Positions 61,069 to 64,000 of a DNA stretch of 64,000 bases are shown here, piece after piece. The notes under the pieces were generated by a model, which had not been told where the DNA came from, searched no databases, and saw only the letters and a program-made list of their open reading frames with translations. Position numbers and translations under genes: made by a program. The stretch is from NCBI GenBank assembly GCA_963722255.1, contig CAVRJO010000001.1, forward strand, positions 416,001 to 480,000, written 5' to 3'. Every line of letters starts with the position of its first letter. The first letter of the stretch is position 1. This stretch comes from Candidatus Babeliales bacterium. Lineage in GTDB: Bacteria > Babelota > Babeliae > Babelales > JANWKD01.

Positions 61069-62661
61069 TTAGTCTTGCTTAGTTGTTACAACTTGTTCAT
61101 GAATATGCATAAGCAGTTTCTTTGCAGCACTATCCAGGGCTTGATTAACGTCTGGACACAAGGTACCCTCCATAGAATATTCTTGAGCATCTAAAGAACC
61201 TGAAATAATGCTAAAAAAATAATGGCTTTCCGGTTCATCTATCAGTCCACCCTTAATATGAGTTTTATAAATCGGTTGTTCTCTTTTAAGGTCTTTCAAC
61301 AAATTCGATAATAATAAATATGGCCTTGTGCGTGGTTTTGTAAGCTTATCAGGGATATTTTCAATAAATTTTATTTTATTTTTATCAAGATCAAAACCAA
61401 ATAGTCGATTTGCGCAATGAGCATAAAGATTCTCAGCAGCACTTTCAATTGCAGCCTTTCGTGTTAGTGCCGGCGTTCCTCTTATTGCCTTGCACAACCT
61501 ATTACTATGCGCAACACCAATAAATTTATACTCTTTTGATCCATCTTTTTCTACTTCAAATTTTGGCATATCAACTTTTTGTTTATAGGCAATCTTATGC
61601 AGCTTAACTAAAGCATTACTGGGTAACCCTGCTAACCAATCTTCTATGGAAAGATCAAAATCTTGATCAGGATTTTTTTGATACCACTCTTGCAAACTTT
61701 CAGGAGATGGTAGCAACATTTTCTTAAGCTCATCCTGGTCAGGCAATAATTCAACAAATCTGCATGCAGCACGATAAAATGCAGCACTCTTTATTGATAA
61801 GTTTATTTTACTTTCATCACTATGCTCATACCTAAAACTTTTGCCTGCAGTTAATAAGCTATCGCTTATCATTGTACATTCTATAGCCATTATTGTGGTC
61901 TGTGCTTCATAGTTCGTCTCATAGTTAATTGTAATTTTTTTGTTATTATTACTCCTCCATTGTGATAGTAGAGACTCTGGCGTCCTAGGAAGCTTGGATT
62001 TTTCCTGCAACATTGGTAACCAAAAGCGTAAAATGAAATTTTGAGCTGCTTGTGGACCACCGTCTTTATAGAGTGCAGCAATAAGTGCCATACATGATGC
62101 TTTGAGCATCGAAAGTGTAATGTTCCAATTCTTACCTTTAATACAATAGGATTCTAACCCAAGAACCTTTGACAAATCTGCCACATGTTCTTTTCGCATA
62201 AGCGCTGAACATGTATGCTCAATATCTTTGAATTTCGCCCCTTCATACTTTTTGGCAAGGACGGCCATTAATAGTTCTTGCACTATCGCAGAACCAAACC
62301 ATTCATAAAATGCACAATTACGATCTGGACAATACTTGCAAGGCGTTAATGCTTTTACTAACCTTTCAATTTTTTTAAAATTATGCCCAAGGATATATTC
62401 TAGGTGTGGAAGATCATAAAAATCAGGAAATAAATAGGCTGCTATTTTTTTATTTTCCTTTTTTTTCGCTGCATAATTAAAAGCAGTGAGCCCTCTGATA
62501 TCTTTTTGTTTAGGATCAACACCTCTTTCTTCCTTCAATGATCTTACTGCTTCAAAATCATGAGCCAACACTGCTTTTATAAGTTCAGATTGTTCCTCCT
62601 CCATACAAAAAAGGCTACAAACAGTACCAAATATTAACAACCAAAGACAAAAGATATTCAT
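61069..62661 (-). CDS. Exported ankyrin + degenerate RNase III + dsRBD-like multidomain protein (signal peptide then C|MEE)
   Basis: LE..LGHNFK...KALT, YEWFGSAI, ALIAALYKDGG..AAQNFI, RKAAIESAA, ALDSAAKKLL. Confidence 0.75.
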   Translation of the reverse strand: MNIFCLWLLIFGTVCSLFCMEEEQSELIKAVLAHDFEAVRSLKEERGVDPKQKDIRGLTAFNYAAKKKENKKIAAYLFPDFYDLPHLEYILGHNFKKIERLVKALTPCKYCPDRNCAFYEWFGSAIVQELLMAVLAKKYEGAKFKDIEHTCSALMRKEHVADLSKVLGLESYCIKGKNWNITLSMLKASCMALIAALYKDGGPQAAQNFILRFWLPMLQEKSKLPRTPESLLSQWRSNNNKKITINYETNYEAQTTIMAIECTMISDSLLTAGKSFRYEHSDESKINLSIKSAAFYRAACRFVELLPDQDELKKMLLPSPESLQEWYQKNPDQDFDLSIEDWLAGLPSNALVKLHKIAYKQKVDMPKFEVEKDGSKEYKFIGVAHSNRLCKAIRGTPALTRKAAIESAAENLYAHCANRLFGFDLDKNKIKFIENIPDKLTKPRTRPYLLLSNLLKDLKREQPIYKTHIKGGLIDEPESHYFFSIISGSLDAQEYSMEGTLCPDVNQALDSAAKKLLMHIHEQVVTTKQD

Positions 62662-62781
62662 GGCAAACCCTAAGATTAAAAAAAGTTGTTCAAAATTATT
62701 TTTAGGATATCAGATAATGCAAGATTTAAAAAATTCAATTACATCTTTTAATCTATTTTTGTGTTTCATCTTCAGGATATA

Positions 62782-63291
62782 TTATCTTTTTTTATGCACT
62801 ACAGCCCAAGGTGTTAGTGTATGCGGTTTGCAAATAGCCTTACTGTATATATCTTCTACCGCTAATCCATACACTAATAATGCATCACCAATCAATGATC
62901 GATGGCATCTCCATGGAACAGCTTCAGCACACATAAGCGCTACCGTTTTCTCATTTGCAAGTTTAATAATCTCATCTATACCTTTTTTAAACTCTTCTGT
63001 TTGCATATAATCTGCAAAACCTCGAAAAGAAGCATTTCTCCATGCTGTATTAAGAGAATCAGCATGAGCATGACGCAAACCACCTAAGTTTTTTTGATGG
63101 CGATACCCAATATGATGATTTCTTAAAACATGCGCTAACTCATGTTCATTAAATTGCGGATTATGACGCGACTTTGGGATTGTACGAATATCAACTAATT
63201 CTGTAATAGCATACTGCTTAAGAATTTCTAAAAAGTCCTCTAGTGTTCGTGTAGAATGTCCTATGGTATAAATGCGTAATTTTTTATTCAT
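62782..63291 (-). CDS. DUF488 family protein
   Basis: IYTIGHS, LVDIR..PKSR, LGG, ALMCAE..PWRCHR. Confidence 0.9.
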   Translation of the reverse strand: MNKKLRIYTIGHSTRTLEDFLEILKQYAITELVDIRTIPKSRHNPQFNEHELAHVLRNHHIGYRHQKNLGGLRHAHADSLNTAWRNASFRGFADYMQTEEFKKGIDEIIKLANEKTVALMCAEAVPWRCHRSLIGDALLVYGLAVEDIYSKAICKPHTLTPWAVVHKKR

Positions 63292-63428
63292 AAAAAACCA
63301 GCCTTTTTTTTGCTACAAAAAAATATTTTGCCCTTGTAAAGATATGAATATTTTTAGTATATTTTTTGTCATCAGTTTATTGTGACAAATAGTCTACCTC
63401 ATTTGATAAAGCAAAGGATACATCTGCT

Positions 63429-64000
63429 ATGAAGCTAAAAATATTAGTTATTACACTGTTATTTCCTCTTAATTTTTTAATTGCAATGGAAGAAGATTCT
63501 TCACAACTACCAGAAAAAGATTATTCTCCTGAAGAATTAGTGCCCATAGTTATGGAAAAAGCTCGAGCAATATTTTCAAAAAATCCTAGTTTTGATAATC
63601 GCAATTTGATTAGCGAATTCTTTTCGCAAAATCCTCAGTTCAATGCTCCAAAAGAGATAAGTGAAGGCATTGAATATAACAAAAATCTTAAATCAAAGAA
63701 CGTAGTAGTAATTGGCGCAGGCCCCAGCGGACTTATTGCCGCTTTAGCACTAGCCAAAGATGGCCATACAGTGGACGTATATGAAAAACGTTCACAAGAA
63801 GAATTTGCTCTCCGTTGGCAAAATGTTTCTATTAATGTACCAGATCTTGTCAAACGAGATTTTCCAGAGCTTGATGAACTTTTAGAAAAGCAAAAACTTA
63901 TACAGCATGAAATGGAATTAGATGATCCCACTAAGATTCGTTCCTATCGAATAGCTATCGGCGATCTCCAAAAAACATTGGCTCAGCTTTGCAATAGTTT
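63429..64000 (+). CDS. Exported FAD-dependent oxidoreductase/monooxygenase, runs off the window (signal peptide then A|MEE)
   Basis: AAGGA RBS; MKLKILVITLLFPLNFLIAMEE...VVVIGAGPSGLIAALALAKDGHTVDVYEKR; not in the ORF track. Confidence 0.85.
   Translation, partial: MKLKILVITLLFPLNFLIAMEEDSSQLPEKDYSPEELVPIVMEKARAIFSKNPSFDNRNLISEFFSQNPQFNAPKEISEGIEYNKNLKSKNVVVIGAGPSGLIAALALAKDGHTVDVYEKRSQEEFALRWQNVSINVPDLVKRDFPELDELLEKQKLIQHEMELDDPTKIRSYRIAIGDLQKTLAQLCNS

Overview
AT-rich bacterial chromosomal segment. Its gene content (many short-signal-peptide hypothetical proteins, ankyrin proteins, repeated AAA-ATPase/PD-(D/E)XK paralogues) resembles a protist-infecting lineage such as Candidatus Dependentiae/Babeliales; this is inference only. 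Core genes: recO, an MscK-like channel, an amidase and a GerMN-like partner, recD2 (frameshifted), a deoxynucleoside kinase, a partial atp operon (atpE-b'-atpF-atpH-atpA) and tRNA-Arg(UCU). Accessory content: three IS elements, all inserted in the last repeat of ankyrin genes; a 9.5-kb capsid-less integrative element (large serine recombinase, primase, SF3 helicase, SpoVG) bounded by a 10-bp tRNA repeat; and two GIY-YIG genes with palindromic repeats. Most notable observations: (1) the recombinase C-terminus is encoded across its own att site, so integration or excision would swap its tail (WCAR vs WCALRSTSATSRLVKA); (2) about 11 mostly unrelated exported proteins share a signal peptide followed by Met-Glu/Asp; (3) an unexplained ~230-nt structured element sits among palindromic repeats at 6.1-6.6 kb; (4) a signal-peptide-bearing, catalytically degenerate RNase III with dsRBD-like domains. 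All calls come from reading the sequence by eye; no searches were run.
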